Shown piece after piece: positions 12,195 through 24,121 of a DNA stretch of 39,653 nt (position 1 is its first letter; each line of letters starts with the position of its first letter). The notes below the pieces were generated by a model. It searched no databases. It saw nothing but the letters and a program-made list of their open reading frames with translations, and had not been told where the DNA came from. Source of the DNA: Octopus sinensis (taxonomy: Eukaryota). A program made the translations under genes and the position numbers. Where the stretch lies: assembly GCF_006345805.1 (NCBI RefSeq), contig NW_021835509.1, forward strand, positions 1 through 39,653. The letters are read 5' to 3'.

Positions 12195-12451
12195 AATTGT
12201 ACATCCATTTCTATGGTTTGCATCTCCACCATGTTCAGTCTTCTTGCATGGCACTTTGAGTAAGTTTCTTCTCTTATAAGCCCTCGGCCACTTAATACCT
12301 GGTGAAGGAATTTGGCCAATGGAAATGGCAAAAAAAAAAAAAGCCCATCTTGTTTATTTATATATGTGAGTGTATGTGGATGTTTACAAAACTCCACAAA
12401 GATATAGCAGCAAATGGTAACTCTTGTTGACATTTATTCCTTTATAACCAT

Positions 12452-12753
12452 TCATCATCATCATCATCATCATTTAACGTCCGCTTTCCATGCTAGCATG
12501 GGTTGGACGGTTCAACTGGGGTCTGGGGAGCCCGAAGGCTGCACCGGGCCAGTCAGATCTGGCAGTGTTTCTACAGCTGGATGCCCTTCCTAACGCCAAC
12601 CACTCCGAGAGTGTAATGGGTGATTTTATGTGCCACCGACACAGGTGCCAGACGAGGCTGGTGAACGGCCACGCTCGGATGGTGTTTTTTATGTGCCAGA
12701 CGAGGCTGGCAGACGGCCACGCTCGGATGGTGTTTTTATGTGCCACCGACATG
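12452..12753 (-). mobile_element. Family B element (RTE-like 3' end with (GAT)n tail)
   Basis: (CAT)n then tttaacgtccgctttccatgc...ggatgcccttcctaacgccaacc; internal 48/47-bp tandem duplication at 12645-12739. Confidence 0.85.
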
Positions 12754-12757
12754 TTAA

Positions 12758-12978
12758 CCCTCTTGTTACTGTAATTATTTCGAGATGCTCTGTGTTTCAT
12801 TCAATTAATTTTAAATATAACAAAGAATTTAGTAAAACAACTTAGTTATTATTCAGCTAGTGTTAGGAACATAAATTGTGACTAAGGTTTGGTGGAAGAT
12901 TTTAATTTAAAATCTATGGAAACAAAATATTTGTACTCAGTGCTAAAGCCGGTTTCGGCCTGGTTGATAACGAAAGGG
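12758..12978. mobile_element. piggyBac-type MITE, 221 bp
   Basis: TTAA|ccctcttgttac ... ataacgaaaggg|TTAA: TTAA duplication and imperfect CCCT/AGGG TIRs. Confidence 0.75.
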
Positions 12979-12997
12979 TTAAACAAAATGAACAATA

Positions 12998-13000
12998 TAT

Positions 13001-13033
<33 letters not shown>

Positions 13034-13225
13034 GTCATCATCATCATCGTTGTTGTCATCATCATCATCATTGTCATCATCATTTTCAGTATCACCATAA
13101 TGATCATTGTGTAACATTCTTTTTCCATGCTTTGCATGGATCAGATGGAGTTTACAGAGACAGATAGTTTTCTACAGCTGCATGCCTTTCCTGTCATCAA
13201 TCCTCACCTGTTCCCAAGTGCAGCA
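12998..13225 (-). repeat. (CAT)n array followed by a degraded family B fragment
   Basis: ttttccatgc...tttctacagctgcatgcctttcct resembles B. Confidence 0.65.
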
Positions 13226-13720
13226 TTTCAACTCTGCATGAGTATATAAGTGTGTATGTAAAAGGGAGTCATGTGAATGTTTGTTTGTGTGTGGGTGTGT
13301 GTGTGTGTGTGGTGTTTGTGTGTGTATGTGTGTGCGTGCATGTACAATAGAAGTGGGATGGTGAACATTCGACGTTGATAAGAAAACTCAAACAGCATTT
13401 TGACTCTGTGTGATTATATGTGTGTATGTGTATGCGTGTACGAGGGAAGTATGTGAATGTTTGTATGCGTGATTATTATGTACCTTATTATGTACCTTAT
13501 TTATATATAAAATACTACAATTAACTGTCATTTTTGACGGCACGGGGTCAGTTAGTAGTTTATAATATATGTTCATCCATCAGACTGACGAAGACCATTA
13601 AGTCATCCTCAAGAATGACTGCTGACTTGTTCAGAGACTTTGTTTGAAGTGAAGAAGAGTTGTGCACCATCGACCTTGCTCTCTCATTTGTGAATGTCTT
13701 CAATACTATGACAAGATAAG

Positions 13721-13915
13721 TTAACCCTAGTATTTGCCATCCGGCCAAAATAGTTAATCTGTTTTATGTTCAAACTCAGATCAGGCTCTCGCACCTACCC
13801 TACAATGTTATTCTACATTAAGTAATTACACCATCAGATCTTGAAGAGTATGAGATAATGGATTAATCAAACAATGGGATCAATAAGATGTTTGATAGAA
13901 ATATGAACACTAAAT
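13721..13915. mobile_element. Degraded TTAA-CCCT (piggyBac-type) MITE
   Basis: Left end TTAA|CCCTAG; right end not recognisable. A typical right end (atgctaaagggTTAA) occurs alone at 19115-19129. Confidence 0.4.
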
Positions 13916-14036
13916 AAAGACAACTGGGGATGGAGACAGATGCACTGGATGACCATGGTGTCTTATTTTTGCCTCATCTTGCTCTCTGCACTTCACAATG
14001 CATTGCTGCAGTTGCCTTCCCCTCTATCGTACTATG

Positions 14037-14724
14037 AAGGCACAGGAGTGGCTGTGCGGTAAGTAGCTTGCTTACCAACCACATGGTTCAAGGTTCAGTC
14101 CTACTGCATAGCACCTTGGGTAAGTGTCTTCTACTATAGCCTCAGGCCAACCAAAGCCCTTGTGAATAGATTTGGTATACAGATGCTGAAAGAAGCCTGT
14201 TGTATATATATATATATGTATATATATATCATCATCGTTCAACGTCCGTTTTCCATGCTAGCATGGGTTGGATGGTTCAACTGGTGTCTGGTAAGCCAGA
14301 AGGCTGCGCCAGGCCCAGTCTGATCTGGCAGTGTTTCTACAGCTGGATGCCCTTCCTAACGCCAGCCACTCCGTGAGTGTAGTGGGTGTTTTTTACGTGC
14401 CACCTGCACAGGTGCCAGGGGAGGCTGGCAACTGCCATGATCGGTTGGTGCTATTTACGTGCCACTGGCACATATATATATATATATATATATGCAAAGA
14501 AGCCTGTCGTTTATATATATATATATATATGTGTTTTTGTGTCTGTGTTTGTTGTCCCCACACCATCTCTTAACTGATGTTGGTGTGTTTACATCCCTGT
14601 AACTTAGCAGTTCAGCATAAGAGACTGATAGAATAAGTACTAGGCTTACAAAGAATAAGTCCTAGGTCAATTTCTTCCAGCATGACCGCAGTCAAATGAC
14701 TGAAACAAATAAAAGAAAAAAAGA
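14037..14724 (+). mobile_element. SINE family A interrupted by a family B element (14228-14472, minus)
   Basis: A head 14037-14227, B insert, then A 3' half from 14496. Confidence 0.85.
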
Positions 14725-15678
14725 CAAAGAGATCACCGGATCCAGTCTTCACATGCACAAGTAGGCAAGCCCTATTACGTTTATCAACTCATAGCTGGGA
14801 TCATAACAGGTGCTACTACTCCAGGTCAGAGGGTCGGAGTAACCCTGGGAACAACAGCAGTTAAGAAGCAGTTCCACACTCCTCTCAGAATCCTAGAACA
14901 CCCAAATCAGGGCCCCACTACTGGATGCCAATTTGAAGTCATACCTACGGTAAAGGTTTATATTATTAGAAGAGTATCAAAAAGCAGACTATCCTGTGTA
15001 GTCCTAAGACATGATTAGAAAGAAATTTCACTGCTGTTTCTAGTAGGATGAGTGACTGGATAGAGGTTCCATCATTGGCTCAGACAGTGGGAGGGAGGGA
15101 AGGGGTGTGAATGAAGGTGGAAGGAGCCAATGTGAAAACATGTGATGCTGATGGACAGATCTAATAATCCTCTCTCTACTCCACCACCCCCATCCCATCC
15201 TCCCACTCCCCCCCAACCACCACTAGTCACCTCGTTATAATAGTAATTATATAGCTACTAACTTAGCCATCGCCTTTGTCTTAATAAAAAGGTAAAAAAA
15301 AAAGGAAAACAACAACAAAAAGCAAACAAAAAATAACCCCAAAAATACATCTTGCCAAAAGCTTCAGATTTCTTATGATGATGGTGATGATCATTATCAT
15401 GATCATCATCATCGTCAGCAGCAGCAACACCACCACCACCACCACAGCTGCTGTCAACCACCATCATCATCATAATCATCATCACCACCACAACCATCAT
15501 TATTCCAATCATCACCACCATAATCAGTCACAAAAGTTTCACAGTAAGAACTTCTAGTAGTTGTAACAGTAGTAATAGTAGTTGGTAATACTAGCTAGCA
15601 GCTTTCCTCCAGCAGATCAAAAATATTCCATCTGTGACCACCACAAATAAATATTTTTTTGCTTTGTTTTTGGACATA

Positions 15679-16089
15679 GGCTGAGTGGCTGTGTGGTAAG
15701 TAGCTTGCTTATGAACCACATGGTTCTGGGTTCAGTCCCACTGTGTGGTACCTTGGGCAAGTGTCTTCTACTATAGCCTCGGGCCGACCAAAGCCTTGTG
15801 AGTGGATTTGGTAGACGGAAACTGAAAGAAGCCCATCGTACATATGTGTGTGTATATATATATGTGTGTGTGTGTATGTGTGTGTGTATGTTTGTCCCCC
15901 CCAACATTGCTTGACAACTGATGCTGGTGTGTTTATGACCCTGTAACTTAGCGGTTCGGCAAAAGGGACCAATAAAATAAGTACTAGGCTTACAAAAAAG
16001 AATAAGTGCTAGGGTCGATTTGCTCGACTAAAGGCGGTGCTCCAGCATGGTCGCAGTCAAATTACTGAAACAAGTGAAAGAGTGAAAGG
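15679..16089 (+). mobile_element. SINE family A, full length
   Basis: Colinear with 11775-12194. Confidence 0.9.
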
Positions 16090-17223
16090 GATTAATGAGT
16101 ATAGGGTATTTGGGATTGCATTACCTAATGTATACATCCTGGTAAGATGTGATTTGAGGGTGATTCAGCTAGCATTTCTAGACAAATTGAGTTGCTATGT
16201 CTACTACCACAAGTATAGTTGCAGTAGCAGTAGCAGTAGTAGAATAGTAGTTTTTGTTGTTGTTTAGCTCCAGTTCAGTCATTACTGATCAAACCTATGG
16301 ACCCACAGTTTTCCAACCATGACTGTCCTGTCGTTTAGTATATCTGGCACTATGTTAATCCATGTATCTTTTGATGTAGTGCATTTAAGACAGGAGGATG
16401 TGTTTTAAAAAGAACATGGCTGCTATCGCTAGCCCTTGGAACGAACCTGGATTGGCTCTCTTATCAATACCTTTGTTACAACTGGGAGTGGGTGGGGGTG
16501 TAGAGTTACGGGGGGGGGGGGTTACAGTCATTTACTAGGTTTACCACTAGTATTACAAGTTACTGTTGTAATACTAATACAGCAGTGGTAGCAGCAGCAG
16601 CAGCAGTAGTAGTTGTGGTGCTTGTAGTGGTGGTGGTGGTGGTGGTGGTGATGGTAGCATTGGGAAAGCTTGACAGTAAAACAAAAAATTTTTTTAATTA
16701 TTCTTGATTTGGGCACAAGGCCAGGAATTTTAAGAGAAGTTTAGCTGATTTACAGTCAACTCCAGTACTTGACTGGTACTTTATTTTAATGGTGCTGGTG
16801 GTAGTAGTAGTAGTAGCAGTGGTGGTGGCGGCGGTATTACTGTTAGGATCGGGGTGTGATGGTTACAGCCAAACTGCATTTAGCACCAGTAGTACAACTT
16901 CCTGTTTGTCATATTAATGCAGTAGTAGAAACAGTAGTAGTAGTAGTAGTAGTAGCAATAGTAGCAGCAGCAGTACTAGTGGTAGTACCAGCAGCAGCAG
17001 TGGCAGCGGTAGCAGCAGTGATGATGTTGATGTTTTAAAAGTTCATTGATCAAAACTGACTGACAGATCACTCCATCAAATTTCAAATTAACACTTCAGC
17101 AACATGATGGATTACTGGGAAGCTGTTCCTCTGATTAATTTCTCTGCAGTACTCTTCCTTCCATGCCCTCCACCTTTCCACTTTGCCCCCCACCCCACTC
17201 CCCTTGTCTCATCTATAACTCCC

Positions 17224-17278
17224 TACCAAACCATACCATACCGTACCGTACCATACCGTACCATACCATACCATACCA
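17224..17278. repeat. Compound pentanucleotide repeat (CCATA/CCGTA)n
   Basis: Directly visible. Confidence 0.9.
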
Positions 17279-17619
17279 ACAACACACTAAAACCAGCACC
17301 GATACCATACCAAGCCAGACTAGTTGCACAAGAGGCTGAGGTGATGTGGAATAGAGATGGAGAAGAGTGGAAGCAGATACAAATACAAATAAATAAATAA
17401 AAATGTAAGGGAAAGATAAAAAAAAAAAAAGCACTAAATGTCACATCTAGCTGAGCCACCCCATTGAAGTCAGCAAACCCACTAGACATTGCATCATTTG
17501 TCATGTTTAAATACCTGTATTTCATCGAGGCAACAAATGCATATATATATATATATGTAGTGTGGAAAACGGACGTTAAACGATGATGATGATGATGATG
17601 ATATACATATATATATATA

Positions 17620-17652
<33 letters not shown>

Positions 17653-17667
17653 GTACATATATACATA

Positions 17668-17886
17668 TGATGGGGTGCTGAAAAGATCCTGGCTTTAAGG
17701 GTATAGTGAAAGGCCTGGCTGGAGGCCAAACGTGGTGAATTCTTTCACAGGACTTAAAAAAAAAACTGAAGGTCTGATGCAATATGTGTGTGAATCTGAG
17801 AGGGGAATATGTTGAATAAAATCATAATTAACAGATCCTCCTCTAGTTTCTTTTGCTCAAAGCCAGGAACTTTTCAGCATTCCTTG
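17668..17886 (+). mobile_element. Mariner-derived MITE, about 219 bp
   Basis: Imperfect ~28-bp TIRs (ggggtgctgaaaagatcctggcttt / aaagccaggaacttttcagcattcc), TA at both ends, and an internal remnant CVNLRGEYVE* typical of mariner transposase C-termini. Confidence 0.8.
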
Positions 17887-18101
17887 TATGTATGTATGTA
17901 TGTATGTATTTATATATATATGTGTGTGTGTGCATGTGTGTGTGTGTATGTATGTATGTAATAAATCTAGCCGCACTTTAGCAAGGCAGTCACAAAATCA
18001 GAAGTTCAACTTCTGTTCAAACAAGAATTTTGGTGGCATACAAATTTGAGCACTCAGAGTCCATACCTATTAGTCTGAGTCATCCTAACAAAAACTCCTC
18101 T

Positions 18102-18133
<32 letters not shown>

Positions 18134-18153
18134 CTAAATCTATATATGTATAG

Positions 18154-18192
<39 letters not shown>

Positions 18193-18334
18193 CAAATATA
18201 TAGTGATGGCTTGTTGCCAACTTAATGTGGCAGGCCCAGGAAAGGGAAGAATACTGCTGCTATTTAGCTCCAAGAAACACTGTTTCTAGTTGGCTACGCA
18301 ACATAAGCATTCTGTGTCCTTCAGTTTTCAAAAC

Positions 18335-18550
18335 AGGGGAGATAAGCATCCAAACACTCTGAAATGTTTGTATTGGAGTTTCCAGTGCAAATGCCAAGCA
18401 ATACAGCATGTTGTTTCCAAATTTCTGGCCAATTGAATTGCATCATGGTGTTGTTTTTCTCATATACAGTACCCAACTGACCCTACTATGCTGTGTAGTT
18501 GACAAAATAAAGAACATACAATGCACATGCACAAAATTTGATGGCACAAT
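18335..18550 (-). mobile_element. Fragment of the maT element (5' non-coding end)
   Basis: Colinear with 5190-5380 and 23640-23820 (ccaaatttctggcc...caactgaccctactat). Confidence 0.8.
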
Positions 18551-18644
18551 GACAGAAGTTGAACTCAGAGCATTAAAAGCCAGAAGAAATACCATAAGGC
18601 ACTGTTTTCCAATGTCTTGATGATTCTGGCAGCTTACTGCTCAT

Positions 18645-18845
18645 TAATAATAATAATAATGGTTTCAAATTTTGGCATGAGGGCAGCAATTTTGGAGGAA
18701 GGGATGAGTCGATTACATTGACCCCAGTGTTCAAATGGTACTTATTTTAGCGACCCCAATAGGATGAAAGACAAAGTTGACCTCAGTGGAATTTGAACTC
18801 AGAATGTAGTGACAGGGTGAAATGCCAATAAACATTTGCTTGGTG
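18645..18845 (-). mobile_element. SINE family C with (AAT)n tail
   Basis: Reverse complement of the C core and head. Confidence 0.8.
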
Positions 18846-19114
18846 TACTCTTTTACTCTTTTACTTGTTTCAGTCATTTGGCTGTGTCCATGCTGGAGCA
18901 CTGCCTTTAGTTTGTGTGTCTGTGTTTGTCCTCCCAACATTGATTGACAACCGATACTGGTGTGTTTACATCCCCATAACTTAGCAGTTCGGCAAAAGAG
19001 ATCAATAGAATAAGTACTTGGCTTACAAAGAATAAGTCCTAGGGTCGATTTGCTCGACTAAAGGTGGTGCTCCAGCATGGCCACAGTCAAATGACTGAAA
19101 CAAGTAAAAGAGTA
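18846..19114. mobile_element. Rearranged family A: inverted 3' end joined to a forward 3' half
   Basis: 18846-18911 is the reverse complement of 19057-19114. Confidence 0.85.
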
Positions 19115-19442
19115 ATGCTAAAGGGTTAATTCTAATTTGTGATTGGAAAAGTTATTAACATCAAACGATGCCTGAATCTGTCCATTGATCCTAATCGAAA
19201 CACACACACACACACACACACATACACACCAAGATATACAATGCAAAGAGAAAGAGAGAGAGGTGGAGGAGAGAGACAGAAAGAGACATGTCAATACATG
19301 CATGTGAGGCTTAAGTTGAGAAAAAGAGGGAGAGATATAAGAAGAGAATGTACGCACAAACATATACACAGACAGAGCCATTGATAGATAGACACATACA
19401 CATATACATCTATACATATACACACACATATATATAATATAC

Positions 19443-19500
<58 letters not shown>

Positions 19501-19541
19501 CATACATACATATATATATTATATATATATATATATATATA

Positions 19542-19925
19542 CTAGCAGTATCGCCCGGCGTTGCTCAGGTTTGTAAGGGAAATAACTATAAAGCATTTTT
19601 AGAGAGTTATAGCCAAAAAACAGCAAAAAAATGGAAAAAAATGATGGTAAATTTTTTTTGAGAGTTAAAAAAGGTGGAGTTGCGTCCCCTAGACAGTTTG
19701 TGGTTTGTGTTTCTGATTCTCGACCCCATGTCGAATTTATCGATTTTTTTCAGAACTGGGGGAACTTTTCAAAATTTTCGCTGCGTTAGTTTTGAATTAT
19801 GACATTGGGCTATGTGTGTGTCAAGTTTCATCAGAATCGGTTGAAAGCCGTGGTCAGGGTGAGGGTACAAGCAAACAGACACAGAGAAACACGCACAGAC
19901 AAACTGCCGTTTATATAGAGAGAGA
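19542..19925 (-). mobile_element. Non-autonomous Helitron, second subfamily
   Basis: Same CTAG/hairpin 3' end and about 130 bp shared with 2853-3260; different 5' body ending tttatatagagagagat on plus. Confidence 0.8.
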
Positions 19926-20467
19926 TATATATATAAATATACATATATATACACAAACACTAATATATATATATAGATATTATATAAATATATATGCATG
20001 TGTGTGCATACGTCTGTGTATAAATTATAAATATATGATGACATATATAGAGATAGAGGCAGAGAAAGGAAGAATGAGGGTCATGGATAAAAATGTGTGG
20101 TAGTAAAACCTTCCATATTAACATTTATCAAAAATGGCTTTTTTTATTTTTTTAATTATTTAATTATTTATTTAAAAAATTTTTTTTTTTTTGCAAGCAT
20201 CTTGAATAAGGGAGTGAAGGTATGACTGCAGTCCAATGACTGAGACAAACGAAAAAAATAAATAAATAAAAGAAAAGGCACAGAACCAGAAATTTAGCTG
20301 GGAAAAAATCAGTTGAATGAATATATGAAGTGCGATGGTTGATAAATTGCTTGTCTTAATTGACTCTAGGAAGATAAAAGGCAAAGGTAACCACTGTTGG
20401 ATTTGAACTCACAATGTAAAGAATTTAAAAAAAAGAAAACAATAACGTATTTTTAAAAATATGAACA

Positions 20468-20830
20468 AGGCACTGGCATGGCTGTGTGGTTATGTAGTTT
20501 GCTTCCAAACCACATGGTTTCAGGTTCAATCTCACCATGTTGCATCATGGACAAATGTTGTTTGCTATAACCCAGAGCTGAGCCAAACTTTCTGAGTAGC
20601 TGTGGTAATTTATTGTGCTGGCACCACGTTAAAAGCACCCAGCACACACTGTAAAGGGGTTGGCATTAGGAAGGGCATCCAGCTGTAGATACCAAGCCAA
20701 ATCAGACTGGAGCCTAGTGCAGCTCTCCAGCTTGCCAGCTCTGGTCAAACCAGCCAACCTATGCAAGCTTGGAAAACAGACAGCAAAATATGATGATGAT
20801 GATGATGATGATGATGGTGGTGATGATGTA
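20468..20830 (+). mobile_element. Old chimeric SINE: family A tRNA-like head joined to family B body and (GAT)n tail
   Basis: tggctgtgtgg...ggttcaatctc head, then ttggcattaggaagggcatccagc and (GAT)n. Confidence 0.7.
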
Positions 20831-20879
20831 TCTGTGTGCGTATATATGTGTGTATATTTGTTTTATTCTGTTGATGTTA

Positions 20880-21258
20880 TGCCTTCTTGTCTTGCAATGG
20901 CATTCACCCATGAGGGGGTTAAGATAGTTCCTATTGAATTTAATGCATTGTGGGTCATGACAGTTCATGCACGTCTGTTAGCAGCCAATTCTGCAGCATG
21001 TTGAAGCCATCCTTGGTTCCAGTTACGAGTGCCAAAGGCTCGAAGGCCAGAAACGAGCTCCACATCTACTTTGACTATCATAAATCATGTCTTCAGCTGA
21101 CCACCTCTCACCTATGCCAACCTGGAGGAAAATCTGGTGCTATTGCCTTTGGATGAGTTTGTCACAGAGGTGCCACAACATGTGACCAGACCACTGTTGT
21201 CCCCTCAAGCGATGTCATTCATATCCAGTCTTCTGAGCTAACATGTCAGACTATGGAG
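20880..21258 (-). mobile_element. RTE-clade LINE ORF C-terminal remnant
   Basis: Minus strand reads HRLR..WSGHM (cf. RRLRWxGH) and GQLKT*FMIVKVDVELVSGLRAFGTRNWNQGWLQHAAELAANRRA*, matching RTE C-terminal motifs (KTW...D, A.DR..W). Confidence 0.75.
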
Positions 21259-21721
21259 ATGTATTGCACTCCTCATAGACAGTTGAGGGTTGGTGACAGG
21301 AAAGGCATCCAGCCATAGAAAATAACATGCAAAGAATCTTGTCTGAACCATGCAAACATGGAACGGTGACTGCTAAAAGGACTGGGGTGAAATCAGTTAA
21401 TTTTGTTCATAACCTATAAGATAGGTGATTGAAATATATAAGAGCACAATAAATTTTTATCTTCCACTAGTTTCAGACAGGCACTGTGGCCATGCTGGAA
21501 CACTGTCATTGTGAAGACATGCATAAAAACTAGTAGTATATGTGGGGAATGAGAAGAGAAATTTAATGAGAGATACCCTTATTCAATTCTTATTTATGTA
21601 CTCTTGTTGCTGCCTATACTTATTGTACAGTTCTAAATTGAGAAAAGGCCTTCCAGTCATGAACATCACTTCAGGCTTATATCTTTTATTAATTTATTTA
21701 TTTTCTATTTATTTTTTCAAT

Positions 21722-21752
<31 letters not shown>

Positions 21753-22319
21753 TTGCAGACAAACTGTGTCTGGGGCTATGATTCCACTGTGCTCTGTTAC
21801 TTTGAAGAAGGTAGGGTGTGTTTTGAGACCCCAGTTGCTTCTTTGATCAAAGGTAGTCAAGCTGTTTTCATTCTCCAGATATTGTAAATCTAGAAACATA
21901 TTATACATTACACCCGTTTTTAGTTTTACTTAGGATGATAGGATTTAAGAAAGCTTTAGCTGTTACTTCTAACAAGACGAATGACCATGTCAAGATTTCT
22001 ATGCTTTTCTGCTTTTCTGTTTTTTTAACCCTTCTGGGTAAAGTTTGTGATGTTATATCTGTTTATATTCTAAGTTCAAATCATGCTTAGGTCACCTTGT
22101 TTCTCATCTTTCCAGGGTCAATAACACAGCACCAGTCAAATACTGGAGCAATTTAAGCAGCCCATTTCATCACGCCCACTCTTCAAATCTCTAGCCTTGT
22201 GTCTTTCTATAGAATCATCATCATTAATGGAACTGTTTTTATTCCAGACAAATTTTTAGCAACATTTCCTTTTGCTCTCCATCTTCTAAGTTGAAATTCT
22301 ACCAAAGAGTTTTTTTTTT

Positions 22320-22666
22320 TGCTTTTCATCCTTTCTGCATCAATGAAATAAGTACCAGTTGAGCACTGGGTCAATGTAATCAACTGTCTCTTTTATTCTT
22401 TAATTTGTTTTGGTCATTTGACTGCAGCCATGCTGGAGCACTGCCTTGAAGTGTTTTTATCAAACAATTTGACCTCAGGACTTATTTTTAAGCCTAGTAC
22501 TTATTCTATCAGTCTCTCTGCCAAACTGCTGTGTTACAGGGATATAAACACACCAACACCGGTTGTCAAGCAATGATGGGGGCACAAACACGGACACAAG
22601 GAGAAACACACAGCTATATGTGTATAGCATGGAAAACGGACGTTAAACGATGATGATGATGATGAT
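22320..22666. mobile_element. Stack: C core (+), A 3' half (-, 22396-22615), tiny B 3' end (+, 22627-22666)
   Basis: Each piece matches its family elsewhere in the window. Confidence 0.75.
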
Positions 22667-23093
22667 ATATATATAATTTCACACTGGTGGTTGCCATGAT
22701 TTGGTGCAAAATGGATCAGCTGCAACACAGACTTCAGCGTGATGGGTTGGGGACTCTCCATCATGGTAATGTGTGCTGAGGAAGGTGAGGCTATCATGCC
22801 AGTCCAGAAACTGGTCCACCTGAGTCCAAATACTTAAATGTATGCTGAGAGATTGTCTTAGTCCGTTTGCCTTTCAGACAGTTGATTTCTGTAGTTATAA
22901 TTAGTGCTTTTCAGCAAGTTAAATAAAAGTTTTGACTGTTATTTTCAGCAAGTAGACATACTTAGTATGTCCTTTGATTAATTTTAATCCTTCAGCTACA
23001 TATATATATGTCAAGGGCTGAACAGAAAGAACACAATAAGGGGAAAAAGTTAGATGAAAGTAGAGCAAATGGGAATCTAGACATATATACATA

Positions 23094-23858
23094 CAGGGTG
23101 CAGTGAATAAACTGTTGTCTAAATTATGCAAAAATGAAAACTACACTGACATCTCATTTTAACAGATATATTTACGAAAATTACATAAAAATATCTTGAA
23201 ATACTAACGAGTAAATTTATTCAATAAAATCACCATTGGTTACAACCATGGCCTCTAGATGGCTTTGGAATCTTCTGCAGCTCTTCTGGGTGGTCTCCTT
23301 GTTTAAGTTGGTAAATGATGCCATAATCCTTGCTTTCAGTTCATTTTTGGTACCACAAGGAGTCTTGTTGGTCTCTTGCTCAACTGTGCCCCATGTATAA
23401 TAATCAAGAGAGTTGCAGTCTGGGGAGTAAGGTGGCCAGATGTTAGGGGTGGTGTGGTTGCAGAAATTGTCTGACAGCCATGACTGGGTTCTCCTGCTTG
23501 TGTGTGGCATGGTGCAGAATCCTGTTGCCAGACATAGAGTCCTCCACCAGTCACCCTCTTGGCTCAGGGCAGCACTACCTCCTCCAGGCCTTTGTGTAGA
23601 GTGTGAGACTATGTGGGAATATGAATGTTGATTGGATGTTTGATTTTTATTAGAGCTTCCAATGCAAATGCCAAGCAGTACAGCATGTCATTTCTAAATT
23701 TCTGGCTGAGTGAATTGTATCATGGAGCTATTTTTCTCACAGATGGTGCATAACTGACCCTACTATACTGTGTAGTTAACAAACAAAATATAAAAAAACA
23801 ATGCACATGCGCGAAACAAAAAATATAAAATTGCAACAATTTTACCATTGCACCTGTG
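23094..23858 (-). mobile_element. Decayed maT (DD37D) transposon, internally deleted
   Basis: TA|cagggtgcagtg...ttgcacctgtg|TA degenerate TIRs. Reads WQQDSAPCHT/SRRTQSWLSDNFCNHTTPNIWPPYSPDCNSLDYY across one frameshift, giving 37 residues between the second and third catalytic D. Confidence 0.9.
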
Positions 23859-23862
23859 TATA

Positions 23863-23936
<74 letters not shown>

Positions 23937-23938
<2 letters not shown>

Positions 23939-24090
23939 CAAGCTTCCTTCAGTTTCCATCTACCATATCCAGCCTCAAGACTTTGATTGGCTGAAGGCTT
24001 ACATAGAAGATGCCTGCACAAGTTGGCACGCAGTGGGACTGAACCCAGAACGAAGAGGTTGGGAAGCAATCTTCTTGCCACACAGACACG
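23937..24090 (-). mobile_element. SINE family A, 5' half, old
   Basis: ttcagtttccatctacc...gcagtgggactgaaccc. Confidence 0.8.
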
Positions 24091-24121
<31 letters not shown>

